Below are positions 37,575 to 46,542 of a stretch of DNA of 64,000 nucleotides, in pieces. The DNA is from a virus. The stretch is from positions 1 through 64,000 of the IMG/VR virus record IMGVR_UViG_3300006919_000001. One strand, given 5' to 3'. A program made the position numbers and the translations under genes. The first letter of the stretch is position 1. Every line of letters starts with the position of its first letter. Below the pieces are notes generated by a model. It ran no database searches. It was not told the origin of the DNA and saw only the letters and a list, made by a program, of their open reading frames with translations.

Positions 37575-38186
37575 CTATACTAAAGCCCATCCTGCTGGAT
37601 AAGCATCGGGTGTCCAAACATTAGCATTTATTAGGCTAATATATATCGGGTCATTAATTGTTGGATAGTGAACCGTATCTCCAATTTGATAAGCATCATG
37701 ACCACCAGTCGGTTGCACGAATACTAAAGTTTCCACTGTCGCTATAACCTCTAATTGCCAAAGTGCAGGCACAACATCCGGAGTCCATGAAGCTAATGTA
37801 AAATGACTTTGGATACATTTATATGTATTACCAAGATAAGTTCTAGTATCTCCTAAAATTACATCTTCATTTTCAATCCATTCTGCTCCTTCCGTATTTG
37901 CCCTATATATAGAAAATAAAGCTGGCGTTTCACTTGGACTAAATAAAGTCCTTTGATGTGATTGCCTTACCTCTACCATAGCTCCCTCATACGAATATAC
38001 CTCACCTTCATTAAGTTGTCCACTTGATGGAAGTATTGGATAAATATTCGCTGGGTCTGAATCCTGAATCATAGTTGGAAATCCTGTTTCCGTTACTTGG
38101 TTTGAATCAGTAAATCCTTTATGAGTTGTCACCCCATCCGTTACTTCCCAAAATGTTCTTTTATTTGGCTTTTGTATTTTCCCCAT
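37575..38186 (-). CDS. carbohydrate-binding (CBM5/12-like) repeat protein
   Basis: YKCIQSH...WTPDVVPALW and AYQIGDTVHY...NVWTPDAYPAGW. Confidence 0.75.
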   Translation of the reverse strand: MGKIQKPNKRTFWEVTDGVTTHKGFTDSNQVTETGFPTMIQDSDPANIYPILPSSGQLNEGEVYSYEGAMVEVRQSHQRTLFSPSETPALFSIYRANTEGAEWIENEDVILGDTRTYLGNTYKCIQSHFTLASWTPDVVPALWQLEVIATVETLVFVQPTGGHDAYQIGDTVHYPTINDPIYISLINANVWTPDAYPAGWALV

Positions 38187-38231
38187 TTTTATTTACTTAA
38201 TTATTAAGTTTAACGTGTGTTTTAAACATCC

Positions 38232-38307
38232 TAAGAGACTTTAAATTAAAAGCTTGTATAATATACTACTTTTAATTTAAAGTCTCTTAAAACGCTTGTT
38301 ATTGATT
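38232..38307. repeat. perfect 21-bp inverted repeat plus 27-nt motif shared with 44753-44779
   Basis: TAAGAGACTTTAAATTAAAAG / CTTTTAATTTAAAGTCTCTTA; AGTCTCTTAAAACGCTTGTTATTGATT. Confidence 0.85.
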
Positions 38308-38309
38308 TA

Positions 38310-40220
38310 TTAGATTGTAATTTCCTTTATTGAAATTCCTATATCGCAATTAAAAACTACTGTTCCATCAAATGACATGAAAGGGCTTACAGCACCCATT
38401 GTGAAAGCAAACTTCCAAATACCATCCGTTAAAGTATAATTAGAATATTGATAAGTTGAACCGTTATATATGTCAATCCTAGTGTCACCAGTTAAATTAG
38501 AAATATCCAAAGTCATTTCATAAGGTACACCAGTCACACAATTCGAAAACGACAATGACGGTCTAATTGTACTACCACTAGTTCCATCGCTAGTGCAATT
38601 ATAATTCAATGGAGACGTTAGAGTTGCTATTGCCCCTGCATCATTTGATATTGCTATATTACTAGCTATTTCAGTTGTCTCCAATTGTGGACTTCCAACC
38701 ATCACAATATTATCAATGCTAAATGCACCTCCAGTACTGCTATTTATTGCAGCTACAAGGAAGCTGGCAGCAGAACCTGTGTTATAATTTACACCAGCAT
38801 AAATATGAGAACCATTTTGAAATTTACGATAACTCACAAGATTAGGATTACCACTACCACTACCCCACATTGCAAAATAAGCATCCTCTGCAACCGCGAC
38901 ATTAGATATATCAAACGAAATGACATAGGTATCGTATTGTTCGATATAATCAGTAATAGATAAAATTTGACTTAATTTTTTAGAAGTTATCACCCCGTCA
39001 TAAGTAGCCACTCCTGAACCTATAGACCAACTGTCTTGCACTGTCCAATCACTAGCAGTGTCAAATGTTCCATTTATGATTTGGTTATTTGAACCTCCAT
39101 CAGTAATTGTCCAACCGTAAGTATTAATTAATGTATTTCTAGCTGCTTCCGCCGCTCCTCCATAACTATATCTTGAATTTCCGAAACTAATTACTTGATT
39201 TAATTGCGGTACTTGACCCGCCCAAGATATTAATGTCGCATCGTAGTTTGCTGTTGAAAGTGTTGCATCAATAATAAAAGATGTACCAAAATCTGCTATT
39301 GTAGATATATCCCAATTCGCTAAACTTCTATCAAAGTTATAACATTGGTAAAACATAGACCTTACGGTTGTAACCCCATTCATATCGAAATTTGAAACAT
39401 CAACATTATTTAAAACCCTTGCTTGATAAAACAAAAGGGACATATCCGTAGCACTTGTAGTGACCCAATTGCTTACATCTAAATTTACTATAGAATTAGT
39501 ATTACTTCTAAACATTTGAGTAAATAACGTAACGTTACTCACGTCCCAATTACTAACATCTATAGTTGTTAAATTAGTATTATAAAACATTGCAGACATA
39601 TTTGTAGCGTTACTCACGTCCCAATTACTAACATCTAAAGTGGTCAAACTAGTTGAATCTCGAAACATTATGTCTAATCTGTCAGCACTAGACATGTCCC
39701 AATTAACTACATTTAAAGATATTAAATTTGTACAACTTCTAAAAGTATCAGTCCAACGTGTAACGTCAATTAAATTAGGTATATCCGTAGCCGTTACTGT
39801 TGTTAATTGGTTACAACCTCTAAAAGACCTATACATAGTTTTCCATGCAATTTCCCCCCATTGTTTAATATCTATTAATTTAGATTTATCACCACCATCA
39901 TTAAAAAATATACTTGGAAAATTACCACTAATTGAAACATCGTAAGTTCCAGCACTTGGAAAAGTAATTGTTAAGTTACCTATATTTCCTAAGATTGTTT
40001 GTCCATCGGAAGTACTTACATCGTATAAGTACGTTTCAGTCCCAGTGGGTATAGTGAATTGAGTGTCTAAACTAGTTCCAACATTATCCGTTTTAACTTG
40101 AATTATAAATGGAGCCAATGGTGGAATGTTATCATAAACTAAAGTACTTCCTAAGTATAGCTTAGATATTTCTGAGCTACCTATATACATTTTAGATATA
40201 TCTATATTTCCTATTTTCAT
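38310..40220 (-). CDS. BspA/DUF285 leucine-rich-repeat tail fibre/adhesin
   Basis: LDVSNWDVSNxTxMxxMF repeats, IKQWG, LSTANYDATL; N-terminal KMYIGS..KLYLG fibre motif; 30-nt DNA repeat at 39533 and 39608. Confidence 0.82.
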   Translation of the reverse strand: MKIGNIDISKMYIGSSEISKLYLGSTLVYDNIPPLAPFIIQVKTDNVGTSLDTQFTIPTGTETYLYDVSTSDGQTILGNIGNLTITFPSAGTYDVSISGNFPSIFFNDGGDKSKLIDIKQWGEIAWKTMYRSFRGCNQLTTVTATDIPNLIDVTRWTDTFRSCTNLISLNVVNWDMSSADRLDIMFRDSTSLTTLDVSNWDVSNATNMSAMFYNTNLTTIDVSNWDVSNVTLFTQMFRSNTNSIVNLDVSNWVTTSATDMSLLFYQARVLNNVDVSNFDMNGVTTVRSMFYQCYNFDRSLANWDISTIADFGTSFIIDATLSTANYDATLISWAGQVPQLNQVISFGNSRYSYGGAAEAARNTLINTYGWTITDGGSNNQIINGTFDTASDWTVQDSWSIGSGVATYDGVITSKKLSQILSITDYIEQYDTYVISFDISNVAVAEDAYFAMWGSGSGNPNLVSYRKFQNGSHIYAGVNYNTGSAASFLVAAINSSTGGAFSIDNIVMVGSPQLETTEIASNIAISNDAGAIATLTSPLNYNCTSDGTSGSTIRPSLSFSNCVTGVPYEMTLDISNLTGDTRIDIYNGSTYQYSNYTLTDGIWKFAFTMGAVSPFMSFDGTVVFNCDIGISIKEITI

Positions 40221-40237
40221 TCTATGATTTTTTTACA

Positions 40238-40537
40238 TTATACTGGAATTACATACCAAGTTGTAGCCACTGGAGTTCCAAGGTCATAATTGGCCTGAGA
40301 AATCGTTACTACATTTGGTATCGTTGAACTACCAGCTGGCTCTCCTATTACTGTACTATTAAATACAGTTTCCCAGCTTATTCCATTCCATTTTTCTTGT
40401 CTCTCTTCTGTGAGATTATATACCGACACTCTATCATTAGCTCCAAAAGAAAAGGCATCTATTTCAGCCTGAGTTTTTGGTGTTAATGAGAGTAAGGGGG
40501 CTTTTAAACCCCCATTTTTTAACTCTTCTTGTATCAT
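40238..40537 (-). CDS. small tail-fibre-associated protein
   Basis: C-terminal TISQANYD...TWYVI motif typical of fibre adaptors; context. Confidence 0.5.
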   Translation of the reverse strand: MIQEELKNGGLKAPLLSLTPKTQAEIDAFSFGANDRVSVYNLTEERQEKWNGISWETVFNSTVIGEPAGSSTIPNVVTISQANYDLGTPVATTWYVIPV

Positions 40538-40538
40538 C

Positions 40539-43049
40539 TTAATTTGTTTTTGTTAACGTTACATTGTCCATATAGAATGCCGTAGCTCCCGCTGAATTAT
40601 TAGCTCTAAGTACTATTGAACTTATCGCTACTCCAGAGAAAGTGAAATTAACCGTTTGACCTAATGCCGTTGGGTAATTTGTTGCAGCAACCACTTCTAC
40701 TCCATTAACTAAAACAGCGAACCTATTTGTTCCACCATTTAAGATATCAAAGTCTAAATCATAGTTTCCTGTATCAACTATATCTTCACTAGTAGCAAAT
40801 GTTACTAAAGCATTATCAAATCCATCGTTAAAGAATAACTCACCTGTAACTACTGACCACCCATTACCTAAAGTAAGATTTGATGCATCATCAAAAGTAC
40901 TATTTAATATAATGTTAGTTGCAGCTACTGCTGTTACTGTTATTGCACTTGAATCCGTAAATGCGCCATCATTTGTTGTAAAAGTAATGTTAGCTACTCC
41001 CGGAGAAACCGTAGTAACTAAGCCATCTATATCTACAGTTGCACTTGCACTATCACTACTCCAAGTCCCTGTTTGGTCCGTGGCATTTGCTGGTGCTATT
41101 GTTGCTGTTAATTGTTGAGGGTCTCCAGCTGGAACGCTAGCTGTTGCCGGTGTTACTGTCACTCCAGTTACTGGTATGTTAATTATCTCTGAATTAGTAT
41201 TATTCCATTTCATCCAAATATCATCATCTGTACTCACAATACTAAAAACTTCATCAACAATACGAGGTGTAAATATTATTTGACTTACGCCAACATCTGG
41301 AGTTATTGAAATTGGTATTCCATTAACACTTCTCATTTTCACTTCTACTATATCCGTATTTACTTTCGTTATTGCTGGCATTGTTACTATTATTTCACTA
41401 GCTACATTATTCGTAAATAAGAAAATCTTATTTGCCAAAATATCTGCTTCCAATAAAGTATAAGTAGCTGTTGCAACTATCACTGGAGTTCTATTTTCTC
41501 CTGTGGCTCCACTTAGATTCAAAGGAGGATTTAAAAATTCCCATGTATCAATCGAAACTTGACGAACTGTTATCAAATCATCTAGTTGATAAGTTTGATA
41601 AGAAGGCATTGTTACACCTGCTCCACCTGCTATTATTACATTGCCAACTCCACTTCTTTTATAAGTTAATAAAGTTCCAATTGGAAGATTTACCGTAGCA
41701 TTGTTTACAATTGTAATTGTAACATCTGAACCTGCAATAGAATTATTTAATCCATCTGCGTCTGTCAATAGAGAATCTCTACTTGATGAGATAGTTGATG
41801 AAGTTAAAAGTAAGTCACTACCAATGTAGTATTTATCTCCATACTCTTTTGTAATTAAAAACTTATCATCAACTGCAGCTTCTAAAACTGTAAGTGCTGA
41901 TGTTACATTTACAAGTCCACCAAAATCAGATTGCTCCGTTCCAGTATATCTTATAAATCTTTTATTTCCACCTACTGTAATTCCAGATAGTGCATCTCCA
42001 TTTGCTTCAATGTAAGATAAATTTCCAGTAATTGTAGCATTGACTGATACGTCAAAATCTAAAAATATCACCTGAGCTTGAGCAAGTGTCCCATTTTGAA
42101 TATCAACTGTAGGGTGAATTCCTTGCATCGTAGCGACTGTTGCATTTGGATTATTCATTGATACATTTGGAGAGATTCCACGCATTATAGTTGATACACT
42201 TGATGCTGATGTTCCATCAATAAGCACTCTAACTACCTGTCCATTTAAGAATCCTATATCTCCACTTCCACTATGCCTAGATGTTATATCTGAAGCATAT
42301 TGAAAAACTGCATCTCCTGTCCCTTGATTTCTTATATCAATTACGTGACCAGTTGAACCATTTTCGGCCGTCGCTGATGTATTATTTAATTTTAAGTATT
42401 CTCCATACCATGTACTCCCAGTTGCCCCAACTGCTGTCTTAAATAGGTTTTTGAAATCTCCTATAAAATATCCTGTTGAATCTACTGGTTCTGTTCTTTC
42501 TGTATATATTGCAGATGGTACTGATGGAAGATTTCCAGTAAAGTATTTTATACTTTGACCTAGTATTTCTATTCCATTAGTTTCATCTAAATTTATAGTT
42601 GAAGTTCCAACTGAAAGGGCTACATTCGCATCATTAAGTCCACCACCTTTCCAAAGATAAAGAGAGGCTGCACCTGCTTGCACATTTACTTCTCCCTCAG
42701 CTTCATCAATGTAAAGAGAATTAATTCCACCCGCAGCACCTATTTCTATGAATAAGTCTGAACCAGGAGTTCCTGTTTCTCTATATCCCAAAAGGGCTCC
42801 TGCTGAACCTATTTTCAAATCTACATCAGCTATTCCTCCATCGAAATTATAAACTTCAACTGTTCCACCTGTATAATTTCCAGCGCCATCTTTAGTGCCA
42901 CCAGTAATTATATAAATAGGCATACCTAGAGACCTTGAATTTGTATCCAAAGCAGATAATGCCAATACTGTGGAATCATAAGGTCCACTTCTTTTATCGA
43001 GCAATTCTCTTGATGAAGAATTAAAGCCCGTAATTATATCTATTGCCAT
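40539..43049 (-). CDS. tail fibre protein with Ig-like (Big_2) domain
   Basis: IPVTGVTVTP...QLTATIAPANATD...WSSD...VTTVSPG; Gly/Thr/Ser rich. Confidence 0.75.
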   Translation of the reverse strand: MAIDIITGFNSSSRELLDKRSGPYDSTVLALSALDTNSRSLGMPIYIITGGTKDGAGNYTGGTVEVYNFDGGIADVDLKIGSAGALLGYRETGTPGSDLFIEIGAAGGINSLYIDEAEGEVNVQAGAASLYLWKGGGLNDANVALSVGTSTINLDETNGIEILGQSIKYFTGNLPSVPSAIYTERTEPVDSTGYFIGDFKNLFKTAVGATGSTWYGEYLKLNNTSATAENGSTGHVIDIRNQGTGDAVFQYASDITSRHSGSGDIGFLNGQVVRVLIDGTSASSVSTIMRGISPNVSMNNPNATVATMQGIHPTVDIQNGTLAQAQVIFLDFDVSVNATITGNLSYIEANGDALSGITVGGNKRFIRYTGTEQSDFGGLVNVTSALTVLEAAVDDKFLITKEYGDKYYIGSDLLLTSSTISSSRDSLLTDADGLNNSIAGSDVTITIVNNATVNLPIGTLLTYKRSGVGNVIIAGGAGVTMPSYQTYQLDDLITVRQVSIDTWEFLNPPLNLSGATGENRTPVIVATATYTLLEADILANKIFLFTNNVASEIIVTMPAITKVNTDIVEVKMRSVNGIPISITPDVGVSQIIFTPRIVDEVFSIVSTDDDIWMKWNNTNSEIINIPVTGVTVTPATASVPAGDPQQLTATIAPANATDQTGTWSSDSASATVDIDGLVTTVSPGVANITFTTNDGAFTDSSAITVTAVAATNIILNSTFDDASNLTLGNGWSVVTGELFFNDGFDNALVTFATSEDIVDTGNYDLDFDILNGGTNRFAVLVNGVEVVAATNYPTALGQTVNFTFSGVAISSIVLRANNSAGATAFYMDNVTLTKTN

Positions 43050-43054
43050 ATCTT

Positions 43055-44680
43055 TTATTGATTAAATTCGTATGTTTGTCCAACTACAGAAGTTACTGAA
43101 GTTGTTTGATATACATAATAAGGTTCTGTCCATTCAGTTGTTTGTCCTGAACTTATTACATTTACGCTATAAAGTGTAAATGAACCAGTAACATCAAATC
43201 CATTCCCATCTTTTATTTGACTTAATAAACCATAAGATTGTGGGTATGCAAATTGTATATATTCGTTTGTTCCATTTAGAGCTACTGACTTATTTCCACT
43301 AGTTACTAAATATTTAGTTTGTCCAGTATAAAGTGCAGTCCCTCCAGTCGATAAATCAACAGCACTCATTCCATAAAAATATGGAAATAAACCTTGCTTA
43401 TTTAAAGTTACATTATTTGGTATAGTATCAGCCTTTGCTGATTCAATTGAAGCTACAACATCTGTACCACCTTTATTGTCAGTATAGGTTGTTACACCTG
43501 CTTGATTCGTTCCACTTAATACCCAAGAATTGGTTCCTTCTAGTAAAGAATAAATTGCAGTTATGTGAGAATCGGAATTTGCCACTACTGAATTATTTGC
43601 ATAGAAAGCTCCATCTGGATTCTCTAGACGGAAAGTTAATGCATCACCCGAAACAGGCCCAGCAGAAGTTCCATCTCCATTATTAATATTTCCAGTATCG
43701 AAGGACATTGCTGCCGTGAAAGAATACCCAGTCCCAACCTCTAGTGTAGCTGTAGAATATCCACTCATTATTAAATTTGAAATATCACTAATAAATGCCA
43801 ATACAGTTGGGAAGTTTTGTTCCTCAATGTATCTAGTAAATGTATATCCTTGTAAATCTCCTATTGTTGTCCCTGCAGGTATTGAACCTACAGCATCTTC
43901 CATTGCTAGAGTATTACTTAATGAAGAGTCAAATGTTGATTCTCCACCACTACCAGCTACTATTCCATAGTCAATATTAATTAATAATCCTTCCTCTATT
44001 TTAGTTCCAACAAATTGTTCATATTGTCCATCTACAAATACCGGAGATTCATCTACCTGTCCCGCTACACCTGTACTTAGAAAATAACTTGCACCTTCAG
44101 TCCAAGTTCCTTTCGTATAAACTCCACCGAATTGATATGTGAATGAATCAACTCCAACTATCTCGTTTACTAATCCTAAGACTCCAGCATTTGCTTCCAA
44201 ATCAGCCTGAGCTAGTATATATTCTGTTCCATTAAACTTTATGGCATCTCCTATTGTGAAGCCATGAGCTGTTTGGTTAATTTCTATTGTATAAGGTGTT
44301 TCAAGAACCTCCACTAATGGAAGGGCTTGAACTCCACCTGAGTTTGTAACATCATTATAAAATATAATGCTACCTGTATAAATTTTTCGAGCTACTGCTC
44401 CTTCTGTATCCGGTGTCCACTCGACATCGAAATACCATTTTCCTTCAACGGCTTCAACTAGTGTTTCTCCATCATAGAAGTCACTTGTCTCAATCCCTGT
44501 CATTGTTAAGTATTGTCCATCTACAATTGTAAATGGTCTGTAAGTAGTATCGTTTGGGGATTTTTTCATCCAAGCTTCAAGTGTACCCACAAACGGCAAA
44601 CCTAAATCAATAGATAATGGGTTCCCCCTCAATGCCTTTACTACTTTTATATTCCTAATATTATTTGCTTTAGATATCAT
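43055..44680 (-). CDS. virion structural protein (tail/fibre base)
   Basis: QTAHGFTIGD and FAYPQSYG motifs; context. Confidence 0.6.
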   Translation of the reverse strand: MISKANNIRNIKVVKALRGNPLSIDLGLPFVGTLEAWMKKSPNDTTYRPFTIVDGQYLTMTGIETSDFYDGETLVEAVEGKWYFDVEWTPDTEGAVARKIYTGSIIFYNDVTNSGGVQALPLVEVLETPYTIEINQTAHGFTIGDAIKFNGTEYILAQADLEANAGVLGLVNEIVGVDSFTYQFGGVYTKGTWTEGASYFLSTGVAGQVDESPVFVDGQYEQFVGTKIEEGLLINIDYGIVAGSGGESTFDSSLSNTLAMEDAVGSIPAGTTIGDLQGYTFTRYIEEQNFPTVLAFISDISNLIMSGYSTATLEVGTGYSFTAAMSFDTGNINNGDGTSAGPVSGDALTFRLENPDGAFYANNSVVANSDSHITAIYSLLEGTNSWVLSGTNQAGVTTYTDNKGGTDVVASIESAKADTIPNNVTLNKQGLFPYFYGMSAVDLSTGGTALYTGQTKYLVTSGNKSVALNGTNEYIQFAYPQSYGLLSQIKDGNGFDVTGSFTLYSVNVISSGQTTEWTEPYYVYQTTSVTSVVGQTYEFNQ

Positions 44681-44700
44681 TTAAGTATGTTTTTGTTAAT

Positions 44701-44779
44701 TTTAAGAGCCTTTTATCTCTTTCTAGTATATTTATATAGAGGAGTCAATTATAGTCTCTTAAAACGCTTGTAATTGATT
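44701..44779. repeat. second copy of late-region hairpin element
   Basis: TTTAAGAG...CTCTTAAA arms, AGTCTCTTAAAACGCTTGTAATTGATT (26/27 identical to 38281-38307). Confidence 0.8.
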
Positions 44780-44783
44780 AGGT

Positions 44784-44811
44784 AAAAAAAAGCATAGAAT
44801 GAACTATGCTT
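44784..44811 (-). terminator. intrinsic terminator after tail tube gene
   Basis: AAGCATAG...CTATGCTT hairpin with T-run on minus strand. Confidence 0.75.
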
Positions 44812-44828
44812 CGTTTTTACTTAATTTA

Positions 44829-45398
44829 TTAAACTGCAGTGTTTATAGCCGTAGCTAATTCACCAAGGTTTCCTTCTCTAATTACAGCGATGTCCGGTGT
44901 GGCAATCGTTACTGTATAAAAATTAGAATTTTGTGCACCAACATAAGCTCTTTCAACTCCAGATAATTTCAACCCTTGGTCCATTCCGAATAATTCGTAA
45001 AGTCCTGTTGACCTATCTATTGCAATTGCAATAACTCTTGAACCAGCTAATTGTTCTAAGGTCTTACGAGCCTCAGCTGTCTTGCTGTATACTGTGAAAG
45101 CGATAGAGTGGATATACCATGAATCTCCATCTTCTTTTACTTCTGATGTTACATTTGGTACTACTGAATAATCAGTACCTTCAAACGGGTATTGAACCGC
45201 GCCTGTTTTTAATTCGATGTTTGTTAATCCTCCAATATTATCACCTGCAATTTCTCTGTTTGCCACAAGGTTAGTTGCTGCAAAATCAAAGTCATTATAA
45301 TTTACTAATATTAAATCCTTATCTACTCCAACTGCTGCATTTATAGCATCACAGTCTCTAAGAATACCTGAGGTTAACAACTCATTACAATCTGCCAT
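44829..45398 (-). CDS. probable major tail (tube) protein
   Basis: 189 aa beta-rich, YELFGMDQGL motif, position after capsid; inference. Confidence 0.55.
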   Translation of the reverse strand: MADCNELLTSGILRDCDAINAAVGVDKDLILVNYNDFDFAATNLVANREIAGDNIGGLTNIELKTGAVQYPFEGTDYSVVPNVTSEVKEDGDSWYIHSIAFTVYSKTAEARKTLEQLAGSRVIAIAIDRSTGLYELFGMDQGLKLSGVERAYVGAQNSNFYTVTIATPDIAVIREGNLGELATAINTAV

Positions 45399-45424
45399 AG
45401 CATTATATAATTTTAATTGTTAAT

Positions 45425-45453
45425 AAAAGCCCCTTAACCGAATGAGGGGCTTT
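45425..45453 (-). terminator. intrinsic terminator after capsid gene
   Basis: AAAGCCCCT...AGGGGCTTT hairpin. Confidence 0.8.
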
Positions 45454-45479
45454 GTTGATATTTATTCAAAAACTTTAGA

Positions 45480-46469
45480 TTATACTAAAGCTTCCGGAGT
45501 ATAGAAACATACTTCTTCTGGACGAACCACGAAGATATCCAAAGCAAGTGTTAAACACATACCCCATTGTCTTCCGAAGTTACCTAAACGTTCAACTTCA
45601 ACATTGTTGAAATCTCCTGACATAGATGTACCCAATTGGATAGCATCAGTCTGCCACGCACCTGTCATAGAGCAAAGTAACATTGTGTTATCAGGGAAAG
45701 ATGTGTTTACGATAATATCATAACCAGCATATCTTAATACACCCTCATCAGTTATATCAACACCTTTGAAATTTAATTCAGTACGTTGAGCGTTTGTAAG
45801 GATATCCGCAGTTGTATGGTTAACCATAAATTTACGGCCCGGTCTTTTTCTTTGGTCAGCAGTTTGAGATGCTATCATTAACTCTAATTTAGAGAAGATA
45901 TTAGCAGTTGTTAAAGCAGCGTAAGCATAATCACCAGCACCACCAGTAAAAGCTCTAAAGGCAATTGCAGTGTTGTTTGTGATTTGAGTTGGCGTTGCCT
46001 TAACTCCCGGTGTCATTTGTGTGTAACCAGTTGAAACTAGTTGGTCAACAAGACCTGAAGCAAAAGCTGAAGAACCATTAGTTAAAGAACCTTCAACAGC
46101 TTCAGCTGCAGAACCTAAAAATAACTCTTCAAGAACTGATTGCACTTGAGATGGTAAACCTTCCCATTGGAATTCACCAGCTGGCTGGTAATCTTTCCAG
46201 TGAGAGTAATAATCTGCTGGGTCAAAAGTCTCAAAAGACTCAAGAACAGTTAAACTTCTTTTGAAGTCATTTTTTTGAGACGTGTTTGCAACGTTAGAAG
46301 CTGGGTCTACCGAACGAGCTCTAAGTACATTTTGTACGTCATGTTTGTATACGTTGTAGCCATCTTTGTCTCCTTCATTCATGAAAGCTAAAGATTGTTC
46401 AACGAAAATATTTCCGGTTAAAGCTCTTGCTAAAATTCCGATTGGTGCACTTCCTACATTAAAAGCCAT
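45480..46469 (-). CDS. probable major capsid protein
   Basis: 329 aa directly after protease/scaffold and followed by a terminator; HK97-like FMVN...YAGYDIIV pattern. Confidence 0.7.
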   Translation of the reverse strand: MAFNVGSAPIGILARALTGNIFVEQSLAFMNEGDKDGYNVYKHDVQNVLRARSVDPASNVANTSQKNDFKRSLTVLESFETFDPADYYSHWKDYQPAGEFQWEGLPSQVQSVLEELFLGSAAEAVEGSLTNGSSAFASGLVDQLVSTGYTQMTPGVKATPTQITNNTAIAFRAFTGGAGDYAYAALTTANIFSKLELMIASQTADQRKRPGRKFMVNHTTADILTNAQRTELNFKGVDITDEGVLRYAGYDIIVNTSFPDNTMLLCSMTGAWQTDAIQLGTSMSGDFNNVEVERLGNFGRQWGMCLTLALDIFVVRPEEVCFYTPEALV

Positions 46470-46542
46470 AATAATAATAATTTATTTAATTAATTGTTGA
46501 GATGTTTTTTTATATCTCTGATTTGTGTTTGTTTGCGAATTA

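Noticed and set aside
38310-43049. Diversity-generating retroelement acting on fibre genes
   Set aside because: No reverse transcriptase or TR/VR pair seen; the 30-nt repeat at 39533/39608 is an internal LRR duplication
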